From contig NC_134036.1 in the NCBI RefSeq assembly GCF_964204645.1, positions 8,422,030-8,486,029 on the forward strand: DNA of 64,000 nt, given 5' to 3'. Below the pieces are notes generated by a model. That model worked only from the letters and a program-made list of their open reading frames with translations. It did not search any database and was not told the origin of the DNA. The DNA is from Tubulanus polymorphus. Lineage: Eukaryota; Animalia; Nemertea. The position numbers and the translations under genes are program-made. Within the stretch, counting starts at the first letter, position 1; each line of letters starts with the position of its first letter. Shown here piece by piece: positions 12,308 to 25,879 of the stretch.

Positions 12308-15300
12308 ATGGACCAATCTTTGATAGCTGTATGTTTGTCGACGGCAGTTTTAGTTGTGGGTTTGGGTAAGTTATTCATTCTGCATACATATTGCTAGGCC
12401 GCATTTTCTTTCGTGATTTCCTTCATGTAGTCGATAATTACGTTTTTGAAAGTTTGGATGTTGTATTTTTTTGTATTTCGTGGTGACCGATAGAGGGTGC
12501 AGATAAGCAGACCTGATTATGAAAGTTTGGTGAACATGGTAAATATTTAGCAAATTATTACGTCGTTTGCTAGTCTGATATGGCTGGTTGCTGATCTGAT
12601 AATCACAGTAGTATTTATAGACAATTTAAAGTGTTTTTTTCAATGATGCATCGATTAGCATTCCACTTAGCATTCGTGTCAATCTTAAATCTACATTGCT
12701 TTCCTGATCTCGACCAGCTGCCAATACTTTAAAATAATCTCACATAGTTTTTGGAAGGTAATGCAGTATTCGAGACGAGATGATACAAAATGTCCGTGTA
12801 TGGTGATAACGAGAGAAATCCGATAATAAGTTTAGCCAAAAATGAGAAATTTTATATCAAAATGATCGTATTTCAAGCGACATTTCGGCTAAATCCCCCC
12901 CCCCCCCTAATCGTTATAAACGTTTTATTTTCTTTTTTTCCTTGCTGGATGCAAGTCTGATCATTGTTATTTTAGACATATGCACTTCCCGGTAATACTT
13001 GGCCCGGTGGAAATATACGATACGCTTTTGACAGTTCCTACAGTAAGTTGTTTAAAATAACCGAATGAACCTGAAGGAAAACTCTCAAAGCAATTGCAGG
13101 CTGCAGGTCTTTCAGATTCTCAAAATCTGACGAATATCAAACAACCAACTTAACGATGAATGTAATTAAACAACGTGTTATATCACTGTATAAGACGCAA
13201 TAGTTTTCAGTGAAGTTTGTTGGTTATTGTTATATTTTCACTTATTACCGACATCGCATGATGAAAATCATTTTAACTTCGTTTTTTTCACTTGCAATGC
13301 AGTTCCTTTTATATAAATCACAAAACCTGCATATTATATAATCACATATAGATGATCAAATTTAACGTCTTACTGGGACTTAGTTGTATAACGGATGGCA
13401 TCCGTCGTACAACGTCATACTACGGATGGCATACGTAATTCATTTCGAATTTCTACTCTTGGCTTTCATGAATATTTTTGAACAGACGACTCGCAGAAGG
13501 CTGATATACGTAAAGCGTTCGCGCAGATTTCCAAACAAGCCGGATGTTTGAATTTCATAGAGATAACCAACACTACTGGAGTGAATGGTTACCGTTTGTT
13601 AACTGCAGCTAAAGGGTACGTGTAGCCATGGACGATGATTCAGGTAGCCGCGCTTACATAACGAATTGGCATTTGAAATCGTCATTTTAACATGACTGTA
13701 GATATTTTAGACGTCCTGCCTGAGTAATACACATTTGGACGTGGGAGGGGGTGGACAAAGTAGTGCGTGCCCCTGTCAACTTTGGAATTTGTATTTTAAA
13801 ACACTATCACAATGCATCTATTTCTTCAAAATGTCCAGAGGCTTCAATATACTCCGGTGAATCCATTGCGGATCATTAATGTGAGGGACATCTGTCAAAC
13901 CGTCCCATTGGGATGCAACGGTTACGACTATTCAAGTCATGAATTATAATCATCCCAGAATCGGTGTTCCTTAGTAACACCACTGGTTTTTTTCTCATAG
14001 TAAGTGTCATAGCAGTCTCGGCTATTCGGGCCCGAACAGAGGTGGTCGTATTGGCCTGAAAAATTGGTGTCGCAAATTCGGCAGTCATGTACTCTATCAC
14101 GAAATCCTGCATACACTCGGATATCGTCACGAAAGGGAAAAATTTGGAGCGGAAAAATACTTGAAACTGAAGGAACCGGCAGGTAAAAAGGATGGCCACT
14201 TTTAATTCATGGATCCAGAAAAATATATTTTGAAAATAAATCTTAACAAAAATCAATTGCAATGGAGGAAAATTTCATAGTTTAGAATTGTTATTTCGTC
14301 ATTCGTTGTATTCAAATATTGGAAGTATATTAGAGTTACCAGCGCTGTAATAATACGGTGCAATAAAAATTTAAAAATGTTACCTATTACATTTACAGTA
14401 TTTGAAATACAAAGCATATTTCTGCAATCTCTTGCTGTAAATTAGCAAGGACTGTTTTAGAATTATTTTTTAAATTGTTCTATAGATAAATGGAGAAAAT
14501 TCTGGGTTGGTACCCCTCTCGATGTCTCCTCCGTCACGGTTACGCCATCCAAGTTCAAACTATTACCCGAGGTAAGAGATAAAATGTTGGAGGCTTTGAA
14601 GAAGGAATACCCAGACAGCGCGGAGAAACAAACCCTGGCATATTGGAAAGATCATAAAAAAGTCGGAATCAGTTTTTGGGATGCAGAGAGGATTAGAAGG
14701 TCTTACAGTTGTAAGGTGAAAGCTTCAAAAGGTAAGATCTTCCTCCGCGGTCGTCTTAGCTTTCTCCACGCGTATACAAACAACTGTGACAATCAACGAC
14801 TGGGCTGAATCCAACTGAAAAATAGCTTCATATTCTTAAGGGTTGTCAAATCTTGACCAGTCATGTCATTTTAGGGTTCGCTTTACTCCGTTGTGCTTAA
14901 ACTAAGACGATTAGCTAGTCTCAAGGAAGAAGCGTAGTTATTCTAGGTTAACCGTTGGCTAAAAGCTATTTAGAAATGAACATCTGAACATGCATGGAAA
15001 GCTGAAGATTTCAACAGAACACGATTTTCGAGAATCCGGAATGATCACCTGACGTTATTTAACCTAGCAGGTGATTTGGAGGGCGATTTAGGATTGATTC
15101 TATATTTTGTTTTCTGTTGCAGCTGAAATGGCCCAACGTATGATCTGTCTGAATACGAACTGCTCACTTTCGATCGGTTACTAGATACAAATTTTTTCGA
15201 TGATTAATCGTATAAATTCATGCAATTCAAAACGTGTATGTTGGAGTATTATTGCGAATAATAATTCATTTCTGTCATTTGAGTTATTCTTTACTGAACC

Positions 15301-15490
15301 TATTTGGTGCACTTCTACTTCCACTACTACTACTACTGCTACTACTTTGGTGCACTACTACGGAAATCTCCGTTCAGCTCATCAACGTTAACTGTGTGAA
15401 CCCCTGTTCGATATTTGGTCAACTTTGGTGCTTGAGCATTTTCTGTCCTGACAGCGACGGATCCTCGAGGGCTTCTGTCCAGAATGAACG
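12308..15490 (+). pseudogene. Multi-exon astacin (M12A)-like secreted protein, degraded
   Basis: Signal exon 12308-12365 (MDQSLIAVCLSTAVLVVGL, G|gtaagt). Exon 12976-13042 (TYALPGNTWPGGNIRYAFDSSY) splices in frame to 13486-13615 (NDSQKADIRKAFAQISKQAGCLNFIEITN...). The broken exon ~13702-13999 carries YDYSS/MNY (Met-turn-like). Exon 14486-14731 carries GISFWDAERIRRSYSC. A Thr-rich/Cys tail lies at ~15123-15490. The middle exon has stops and frameshifts. Confidence 0.65.
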
Positions 15491-16104
15491 AAACAAACTA
15501 CAGGAATGCCTTATTCACAATATTGAATATCATACGAAACTATTTCATACATAAATCAGTTTTCACACTGAAAATTATTATTTCATACAAAAAACAGTTT
15601 GACATACGAAAATTAGTTGATGTTAGTTACACAAGAAACTGAGCATAACTTATTAAAAATTAGAAACAAAATAGAAACTAAATATGGTGAAAAACTATCA
15701 ACGAATTTGAGTTATTGTAGCGTAAGTACAAAACGTGAATTGTTTTTTACCCGATAAATGGGTTTCATTAAATAAAGATGAATTGAAATATTTAGAAGGA
15801 TTTAAGATAATGATGGAAAAAATGAAGATCGTCATCATTATTTTGAAAGAGTTGAATAAACATTTAAAAAATAATAAAAAAAATTTAAAAAATAATAAAA
15901 TCATAAAATGATAAAGTTAAAAAGTTTAAATATCAAGTATCCGAAATGACTTATTTGGACAATTGAATTGCTCCGCATAGATAAACAAAAGTAGTGAGAT
16001 ATTTAATTAAGAATATAAATATTGATAAATAAAATAATTTTTTTGCTTTTTTCTAAAATATTTATCCATTTTTATAGTGATTTTTGGAATTTCAGAAGTT
16101 TTTT

Positions 16105-17010
16105 AACGAGACCTGACAGTCACGGCAGTTTGATAGTTTTCGTGCATACAATATATGCAGCAATTGGAACATTCTTTTGGAAGAATTTGATTTTCTAAAG
16201 AAATTATTCAAACTTAATGGTTATCCTAACCATTTTTTTGATCACTGTGTTAAAAAATTTCTCGACTCTAAATTCGTTACCCTGCCTAAAACCATTGATG
16301 AGAGTTAAGTTTCTCTTTTCATTTCCATACCATATGTGGGTTTCCCGTCTATTCTATATGCTCAAAAATTAAAGAAACTGTTTAAATCGAATTTCGAAAT
16401 AGACTTTCAATGCTCAATTGTAACCACTAAGATTAAGAATTTCTTTTCACTTAAATGTCCGACTCCTAAATCATTGAAAGCTATCGTTGTCTACAAATAC
16501 ACTTGTTTTTGTGATATAAACACTGCCTATATAGGTAAAACAAAAAGACACCTAGTAACAAGAGTTAAGGAGCACAAACTTAAGACTTCGGCAATTGGCC
16601 TACATCTATCAAACTGCCGTGACTGACTGTCAGGTCTCGTTTAGCGAAAAGAATTTCAAAATTTTAGATAAAGGTTCCTCCGATTTAGATTGCAAAATTA
16701 GAGAAGCACTTTTTATCAAAACTCAATAGCCCTCCCTTAATCAACAACTATTCGTACACGGGTCAGGATTCATTCTCAATATTTTTAGATAATTAACTAC
16801 TAGACAAATATCTTCACTCAGTAACTTAGATTGTGTGTAATTAGTTATCTTTGTATTAAATTATCTTGTCACTCAGTAATTTGAAATTGTTTGTAATTAG
16901 CTTCCTCTTATTCTATATGAATACCAGTATGATATGTAAATTCAATCACTTGCACTATGCCTGAAGAGGGGATAATGTAACTCCCAAAAACGTTCGCTAT
17001 AATAAATATA
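16105..17010 (+). mobile_element. 5'-truncated Penelope-like retroelement (RT thumb plus GIY-YIG endonuclease, 3' UTR with hammerhead-like motif)
   Basis: FRAYNICSN...KLNGYP; VVYKYTC...AYIGKTKRHLVTRVKEH (GIY-YIG); FKILD...KIREALFIK...PSLN; ctgaaga-stem motif at 16961. Confidence 0.85.
16953..17000 (+). ncRNA. Degenerate minimal hammerhead ribozyme motif in the Penelope 3' region
   Basis: tatgc CTGAAGA gggga-taatgtaac-tccc aAAAACGTTC gctat shows the CUGANGA core and stem II. The GAAA core reads AAAA, so it is probably inactive. Confidence 0.45.
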
Positions 17011-17169
17011 CGTTACTCATTAGGAATGAGATTTGTACTGTTTTTGCTTCTATGGATTTTTAATTATCTAGACTCTCTACCCAAGATCTTTTGAATAAAC
17101 TCAATTTTGGATTTCTTAATTGCTAATAATTCCCACTGCCAATATTCAATTCAAATTCTAGGCGATTAA

Positions 17170-17630
17170 ATGCTTGCGTATTTGCTGACTGTTGTTATAG
17201 TGATCAGTTTAACGTCAGTTGATGCAGGTGAGTAACCACTAGGAAAAAAATACAAAAATCAGGTTATCCGGAAAAATATAACTCAAAACCGCAATTACTA
17301 GTAAACATTTAGTAGTTAATTTCCGATGGGACCATCTAATTTGATGAATTGCAATTCAGAGGTTATATGACATACTTTCATTCTAATCGAAATCAATTTT
17401 AGTGAAGGTCAATATTTTTCGTGTCTACATGTATTTTCTAAACTCCCGTTTTTTTCTGTGAACAACAAGGTTGGCCTATCATTCATCGTATGTGCTGTAT
17501 CCAGGGGTTGAGCAGAAAAGCGCTTTTCCTGGTCAAATGTTTAATTTCATGCTTGGATGGAGGATTGTGTCTTAGTTTCTCCAATCGTGAATGTTGCTAT
17601 GGAAAATATATAGCCAAGATGTGTTCCTAA
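17170..17630 (+). CDS. Small secreted cysteine-rich peptide precursor (72 aa, 8 Cys), two coding exons
   Basis: Exon 17170-17227 (MLAYLLTVVIVISLTSVDA + G|gtgagt, phase 1) joins in frame to 17470-17630 after a pyrimidine tract and aag. Mature part: GWPIIHRMCCIQGLSRKALFLVKCLISCLDGGLCLSFSNRECCYGKYIAKMCS*. AATAAA at 17780. Confidence 0.75.
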
Positions 17631-19202
17631 TGTTTGGTGACGAGGTCTTTTTATGACACTAAACGTCAGTCCGTCAGCTTACTGACTAAGCTTAGTGACT
17701 AAGTCGTCAACGTCATGGAAGCTCGAATTGAATTCACATTTGTAACTCTGTCGTCTAATCTCGAGTTATAATTAGATTCAATAAAAGTGCGAAATAAATC
17801 AATGATCGGGTTTTTAACTCTTCGTGATTTGGCAGTGGTCAAAATATGCGCCGTTATCCGCAGTGAGGAACAATCCATCATCAATTCTACTTCGACTACT
17901 CTTCGTAGAATAAAATCAGATGATGATAATCTTAAATTTAGAGTAGTAGATATCCTGGAGATCGGTTATATGTACTGTCGAGAAAATAGGCTATTTTTAA
18001 AATTAATTTTTGAAGACCGACGCTGAATGTACAGTCAACGCTTAATGCAATGTCTTTATTTATGCTTGAATTAATAATCGCCTTAATAACGAGGTTCGAA
18101 TATCGATGTCGATTCATCGAATTACGCACGGAATCTCTGTGTATTGAAGTGAATTAAAGGATAGTATATGGATTATATTGGAAACTGCGGTAAGTCTAGA
18201 AAGCCTATGTACGTACTTTTACTTAGAGTGTAGAAACAATATTGAATTCCAAAGCAGCGATAATAGGTTTTTGGCATCTACCTCATAAGTACACTAACAC
18301 ACGAAATGATATTTCAATTCAATTACCACATTCAAATTCTAGAGAGAACTTTAAAATCGGCATCTGTGAACATGTTAAGAGATTAACTAACCCGGAGGTA
18401 ACGTAACTCGTTTGAATAATAGCTGAGTTCATCCTGTCAAACCGACAATAATTCCATCCATTATTATTATGTTATTCCTCGATGAAACATTTCATAGAAG
18501 ACCAACCACTCTTGTTCTTCACTTTTAGGAACTTTTCTATCAAATAACGCTTTTGCAGTCTTTAAAACAAACATCGAAAATGAAGTGAAATGATCTTAAT
18601 TCTAGGGTCAGACTTAGGCGAGAAAAGCGAATATCGTTCTTCGACCAGTTGTGGATCGTCATCAAATTTAGCCCTGGGGTAACTCAATGGATGTGTAGCA
18701 TAGTGAATGCTAACAATCCCAGTACAACCAAGATTCAGGTCATGTCTGAGAGCTTCTCAATTCTTCTACATATGTGGACATTATGACCAACATTGCCAGT
18801 ACGTTACTAGTTGAGAAGATGTGTTGCTCGTTAGTAATGCATCAGCGAGTAAGCGCAAGAAAAATATACAGAAAAAACCTAGCGAAATTGATTTGAGCAT
18901 TTTTGGATTATAGTTGGGCATGATTATTTACGTTACGGCTGCAGGAAAAAAGTTCTTGCGAAATGGTTATTACTGGAATGACGATCGTTCAAGCCACACT
19001 TACACTAATTGAGGAATGGGTGAAAATAGGATCAACTATTGGTCGATTCTAAATTGATGGGCAGAGTACGAAACTCGTTCATGAGTTAGAAATTCAGAGT
19101 TTTGAATCATTTATGAATTGCACTCGAAGATCCGAGGGAAACCCAGAAATATTTGAATATCGAAGGTAATTCGTTCATGCTGTCCCAGTGATGTTGTTCG
19201 GT

Positions 19203-22200
19203 ATGGAACAGCGACTGAGAGCGCTGTTTATAGCGTCGCTGATCGTCCGTCGAGTTCGCATCGCACGCGCTGATCGCGCAGACTCTATTGAGGATTCGTC
19301 TGTGACGGTAAGTTCGTCTTGTAACAACACGTGGTACCCGCTAGATTCTACGTCCGGTTTCCTCGTTTCACCGAATTACCCTACGTTAACGCGCGGTGTT
19401 GAATGCCGTTGGTTCATCAACAGCTCTTTGCCAGGAACTTTTCACGTCCAAGTTTACTACGACATCGAGCCGTCAATATTCTGTAGTGATAACTACCTTC
19501 TCAGTTACGAGTCTGATAACAAATTATGCGGTGAGGGAAAACATGAACTTCGCAGTAACGATTCGATCTCGTTGATGTTTAGGATTAACATCGATGGTGC
19601 GCGAGGTAGTCGGGTTTATATCATTTATCGTTATGAACGAAGTCGTTTGTATATCGGTCACGACTGCAGCGAAATCAATTTCAGTTCAAACAAACTACAA
19701 GCATCAGCTGGTTACAAATTCCGCATACAAATACGTCGTTGCCAGTTGTATATAGAATGGATCGAATTATCACGAGGTTATGCGATGAATCTAACATTGC
19801 TTCACATCGTATTGAAATCAAATCCATCACGCCACTTAGTGACCATTGAAATCCACGATGGGTGGATTTCCAGCAGTGAGCCTATAGCTGTTATACGAGA
19901 ACAAACTGGACATCCGCCATCGTCATTTTACACTAAAACAAATAAAGCCGTCATCTCTTCGCATGATTGGTATCGCGTAATTCGGTTCGAACTATTTGTA
20001 AAAATCTACAAAATATCAGATTGGAATGTCTCTAATCCGTTGATTCAGATCTCCACTAACGAGTCGGGAGTGCTCATTCCCGATGACAACAGTTTGCACG
20101 TAATAACTCGATCAAAACACCTACACTGCTGGTCTATCACAATGCAGGTTTTGCATTACGCCGTTTTCAACTGGACTCACGATTTCGTTATTTCCGGTGA
20201 CGTCATCGGTGTATATAAACTAGAAGGGTTACATATTGTAGGTACTGATATTTTACTCGGTTACAACTACCTGGAATCATTGAGTGTCGAATCTGACGGC
20301 TTTCTCGTCATACTGTGCGTCGTAATGAACAGATACCAAACAACGTCACAAATGGGAATTCACTTTAAAGTGAGATCGCTCTCGATCGAAGATGTACACG
20401 TCACGAGTCACTGGGTGAGTATGAAGTCGAATCGGCGTTTTTCAAATGCACCAGTAGCAAACCAATATCAAACTTAGCATAATCCTGAGAGACACATCAT
20501 CCGATGAGTATTACAATCTAACCTATCAACGGAAGCGAAAAATCGAAATCTAGATATATAAACTGACTCGTAGATATTATTTTATAGGACCGTGGTGGCG
20601 GAGCATGGCACATGCCTGTTCGCTGGATATTACCGTCAATGGAGAAGAAGACACTAACCTACCAAATAAATACAATGCTGTTCGAGTGGAAAGTTGATAT
20701 TTATGAAGAAAATGTCGTATTAACAGTTTTATCAGAGAATTGCGAGCGAGCTGGATTTTACATATATGACGGTGGTAAATTCAAAGCTAGACGCTACGGT
20801 CCGTATTGCCCCGGGAATTACTACGGTCGATCCGTCGTAAGTCTGATTACATCTGGGGGATCGGTTACTGTAGTAGGATACGCTTACAACGGGGATGATC
20901 AGTTGTTAACATCGGTCGATGGAGAATCAGCTCTCATATTTCGTCCTACCGACTGTGACGGGTATGCTTTAAATGAAGAAGAAAGTCGTGTCAATATGAC
21001 GTCAGACTGTGTCGCGGTTACACAAGAAAACCGACGCCTTCCACCGAGGAACATTCATATATTATCTAAACACGAATATCGAATTGACAGTTGTTTTCGT
21101 GACTGGTCACGAACTTGTCCTCGGAGATTACGAATTATAAGTAAACTTCTCACTGAAAGCATCGTTTTAAGCACGGTATTCATGCGCGGTGGGAGTTTGT
21201 TCCGGGCAGTACCACTTATAGTGACGCTGCGTCGTAAATGTCTAGGTTCGAAAAAACCTGTCGACACATTGGAATTTACAAAAAACAGAGGTTCATTAAC
21301 AGCCGACGACAAATGCGGACTGGTTGAATCGCCGAACTACCCGGCAAGGGCAGGACGTACATCGGTGCCTCTATATTATACGTTTTCGAATACCCAACCT
21401 GACAACCAATTTCGATTTTACAGTTTCGTCCTGAAATCTATAGAATCGATTAGTTGCACCGCAAACGTCTTTGTGGAAAAAAGCCCGATACTTTTCATTC
21501 AAGAGATATTATGGGCAAACATTCGAACCCTCCGTCGTATTACAATATGCGGAGATATGGCAACGCTAGAACTTGTAATGCACAGTTTAACTGATACTCG
21601 CTTGTATTTCGAAATAAAAAACATGATTTCAAATTTTCAAATACAATACATTTTACACCAGTCATTAGCGATGGGCTATTCCAATGGTGCTCAGTGTCAA
21701 CAAGGATTTCTAGATTCGGGAATTTCATGCGTTAAATACATCAGCGATGGACGTCTAAATTGGGAAAATGCTGAATTATACTGTGGACAGAAGTACGCGG
21801 GACATCTACTCAGTATCAACTTAGAAGAGGAAATGATTTCTATTAAATCATTATTCGCTTCAAAGCTTCTTAAACGGGTATATTCACAGAAAGCGCCCAT
21901 AATGATGATTGGATTAAAACTGCAGGTAACTTCGTAAACAGCTTCTATTTTTTAAAATGTTCCTATCAATTAATTTAATATTTTTTAAAATATTTTTAGC
22001 CCTCATCTGGTTATTACACGTGGACTGATGGGAAACCATTGAGCTACGCAGAGTGGTATAAACCTACAAATAACGACACGATACCGGAAGTTATTCGTGG
22101 ATTGATATCTCCTCAAAGAATACAACCGATAAATGACATCAATATGCCGTGTACAGCGATGATACTTAACAATCCACGAGGATCAGCGAACTGGGTTCGA

Positions 22201-25200
22201 TTCCCCTGCGAAATCGAGGAGGTTCATACGGGCTTCGTGTGTGAATCAGAAAGAATCGACATCGTCGATTGGAAGAGTAAAATTCGAAATAAAACAGTTG
22301 AAACATCGAATTTAACGTCGAGCTGTATGATTGGTTGGGTAAGCGTAGATAGAAAATGTCATCAAATACTAACAGACTGGAACAAACATCGAGGTTTAGA
22401 TACGAAAACTGCGACAGAGATGTGTCATGGCATCAAAGGTGAAATACGTGCTGCGATAACCAGTTACACAGAAAACGATACAATAAACGTAATAAGAACA
22501 TTTCATTTTCAATATCAATATGGCTCTATACTAACGATGACGTCTTACGGCAGACTGCTAGTAATACAACCAGTAATCACTAGAGATAAAATTACTTATA
22601 TTCAATCAGTTAAATGGATGAATAAACAGTTTGATAATGCGACGGATACAGCGCATTCTGTTTTGTGTTCGTACAATGTAACTAATGAAGACCTAGCTTC
22701 TATAAGCGGTTGTAAATCGTGGCAGTTTAAATGTAACGATCAAAGATGTATCAGCGACCATCGCGTATGTGATACCAGAAACGACTGTGAACACGGTGAA
22801 GATGAACTCAATTGTACGGACATCGATTTTCACAGTCAATTTCAATGCGATGATGGTCGAGTTATATCAATAAGTGGTTTCTGCGATTTCATACAGGATT
22901 GTGTGGATGGTTCTGATGAAAACTCATGTTCGCATCATTCGTGTTTGTCCGAACAATTTCGTTGTACCAGTGGTGAATGTGTCAGTGGGTCGAACAGATG
23001 TGACGGAATCACTAATTGTAAGGACAGTTCCGATGAAATGGGATGCACCACGCAACTATGTCAGGGTTTCTTGTGTAACAGTGGAGACTGTATCAGTTCT
23101 CAGTTGTATCAAGATGGTGTTGTGGATTGCAGTGGAAGCCTCGAAGAAGATGAAGTAGTAACAACTACTAATGTTACTGCGAATCCAACGATACATTGTG
23201 ATGCTGAGAACCGCTGTACGACTAACTTCACAAATCTCTGTGCGGAATCTGCGGAACAAAGATGTTCCTTCAATTCTCCGCATTGTTATTCAAGACGTCA
23301 CAGATGTATTCTAGAAATAATGACAAATGGTTTCCCAGTTTGTAGAAATCTTGAACATCTATTGAGATGTGAAGAATTCGAATGTCCAGCTGGCACGATT
23401 AAATGTCCAGCATCGTACTGTATACCGATCAGGCAGGTATGCGATGGTCGTGCAGATTGTCCTAATTCAGAAGACGAGCAAAACTGCAATACATTTTCAT
23501 GTCCAGGAATGTTCAAATGTGGTCAGGAAAATCGATGTATTCCACAATCTGAAGTTTGCGATGGTCACGTGCATTGTAAATTTACGATTGATGACGAGGC
23601 TTTCTGTGACGTCACGTGTCCCAAAAGCTGTAAATGTCAAGGACATTTAATCAATTGTGGAAATACCGGTTTGACAGATATAACTGGTTTTTTCCCGGCA
23701 TCAACTCGAGTTCTGATCTTGTCCAATAACCAAATTCATTTTAAGATATCGACATTTCATATGCTTGTCTACCTCTACGTTCTCAACATATCCTGCAATG
23801 AATTGTTTCACATTTCACCAAATTCGTTCTCGAACCTGCATAATCTACATTTTTTGGACCTTTCATTTAACAACATTACATCACTATCCGAAAATACATT
23901 TGCCGGTTTGTACAGTTTGAAAATTTTAATCATAACTGGAAATCCGCTGAGATATTTTGAAGAAGGCAGTTTTCTTGGATTGAGTTCGCTTAGAAGTCTT
24001 GATCTTCACGGACTTTCTCTGTTCGCTATAGGGGAACATGTTTTCAAAGGTCTTTTATCATTACAATATTTAAACATCAGCGGTAACAAGATCTTGTATA
24101 TCTCAATATACGCCTTTTCTGGATTGAATGAACTTAAAATCCTCGATATCACAGACAATTCCAGAATAATTTCTGTCGACAGAAATGCGTTCGAAAATCT
24201 GACCTCATTAGTCTCCCTAACGTCTGATGCTTACAAATTTTGCTGCATGGCTTCGGGCATTGCCCACTGCCTTCCCGAAGCTGATCAATTTTCCTCCTGT
24301 TCTGATCTGATGGGTAGCACAGTTCTTAGAGCTACCATCTGGGTCATTTCCGCGTTTACATTTATTTTAAATAACATCGTCATTTTATTTCGTTTTCGGT
24401 CAATTCAATTTTCGTCCCGCAAAACGAGAAACACATCATCTGACATACTTATCATCAATATCGCAGTTTGTGATTTTCTGATGTCGATTTATTTATTTTC
24501 GATCGCGGGAGCAGATTACGTTTATAAGGGAGTTTATTTCCTTAATTCAGAAACCTGGACGAACAGTTCATTGTGTAGTTTCGCTGGAGTTATGGTGACT
24601 CTAGCCTGTGAAGGCTCGTTGACCTTTCTGTGTATTCTAACGCGTCATAGATTCTCCAATATAGTGAATCCATTGTCTGGGAGTTCGATAACATCACCGA
24701 GATTTGTTTCCATCATTTGTTCGCTTAATTGGATAATCATAGGATTCTTTTCATTAGTGCCACTTGTATTGTCGTCTTATTTCGGCCACAATTTTTACGG
24801 TACTACTGGAGTTTGTTTACCCATGAATCTAATAACCATTGATGTCGATGCCTGGCAATATTCATTCGCTATTTTTGCAATGTTTAACTCTGGCGTACTC
24901 GCAACAATAATGGGGACTTATGCGCAAATGTACAAACTCGTATCTAGAAGCAGGTCTGGTTCGGGTAGAATTGATCCTACAGAACTTGTTTTAGCGCGCA
25001 GGAGTTTGGTTATAAATCTTTGTAATTTATTTTGCTGGCTGCCGATAATAACCGTCCAGGTTTGCGTGGTATTCCGGGTAGAGATACCAAATCAGGTGGC
25101 GGCTTGGCTGGCGGTTCTTTTCCTACCGATCAACTCGTCCCTCAACCCCCTTCTTTATACAATACTGTCTATCGATATGAAAGCCGTACGTGCGAAAACT

Positions 25201-25227
25201 AAACGTAGGCAAAATTTTAGACCTTAA
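19203..25227 (+). CDS. GRL101-like: GRL101-like LGR-family GPCR, paralog A (~1925 aa): CUB-like domains, C-type lectin, LDLa repeats, LRRs, 7TM
   Basis: Three in-frame exons with phase-0 GT-AG introns: 19203-20414, 20588-21925, 22000-25227. Motifs: SGFLVSPNYP..CRW (CUB), WENAELYC..HLLSI..IGL/WTDG (CTL), about 7 LDLa repeats, LRRNT CPKSCKC, LRRs, hinge YKFCC..DQFSSCSDLM, 7TM with CWLP and NSSLNPLLY. Confidence 0.92.
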
Positions 25228-25879
25228 GATGGCCCATTCACCCAATGAAGCTACGTACTATGTACTCCAGCAGCGGAAGCTTGTGCGTCAAATAAAATAG
25301 TTAACCTACATATTAGTACTCGTTTCGTTGTAATTATTCTACACCAGGTTAACACGCTTACTCTACGAAACTTCCTAAAAGCGCTCCAAAATGTAGACGT
25401 TATCGTATCGTATCGACATAAGAGACGAAAATGGAACTCTTAGTATCTGGATACAAAAATAGCCTAATAACAGTATAGTCCACGAGATCATTGAGCCGAT
25501 TGTAAATTATGATAAATTTCGGCTCCAGAAGTTTCAGAAAAGTGTTTTTTGCCATTATAATCGAGTTGCTATGGCAACATAGCTCTTCTTTGGTTTTGAA
25601 AAAATTTAAACGATAAGTAGTTGATATCTTTAATGGTAAGCTCCCTCCATTAAAATTATATTCTAGCGATGCAAATCGTCATCAAACCAGGCTGAGAAAT
25701 ATATATGTATATATAAAATATATCGCAACGGAATTGCAAGACGGTTCAAATTTCTATTATCGGTGATGTCTATATCAGAAAAGGATGTTTACCCCATTAC
25801 AAGTCCATTCCAAAACGAATCATTTTTTTTTCAAATATTCAAGTTCATTGAGATACTTGAAATTTCGAAAGCCGTTTTT

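Noticed and set aside
21055-23650. Short antisense and alternate-frame ORFs within the receptor genes (also in the other copies)
   Set aside because: Shadows of the conserved receptor CDS
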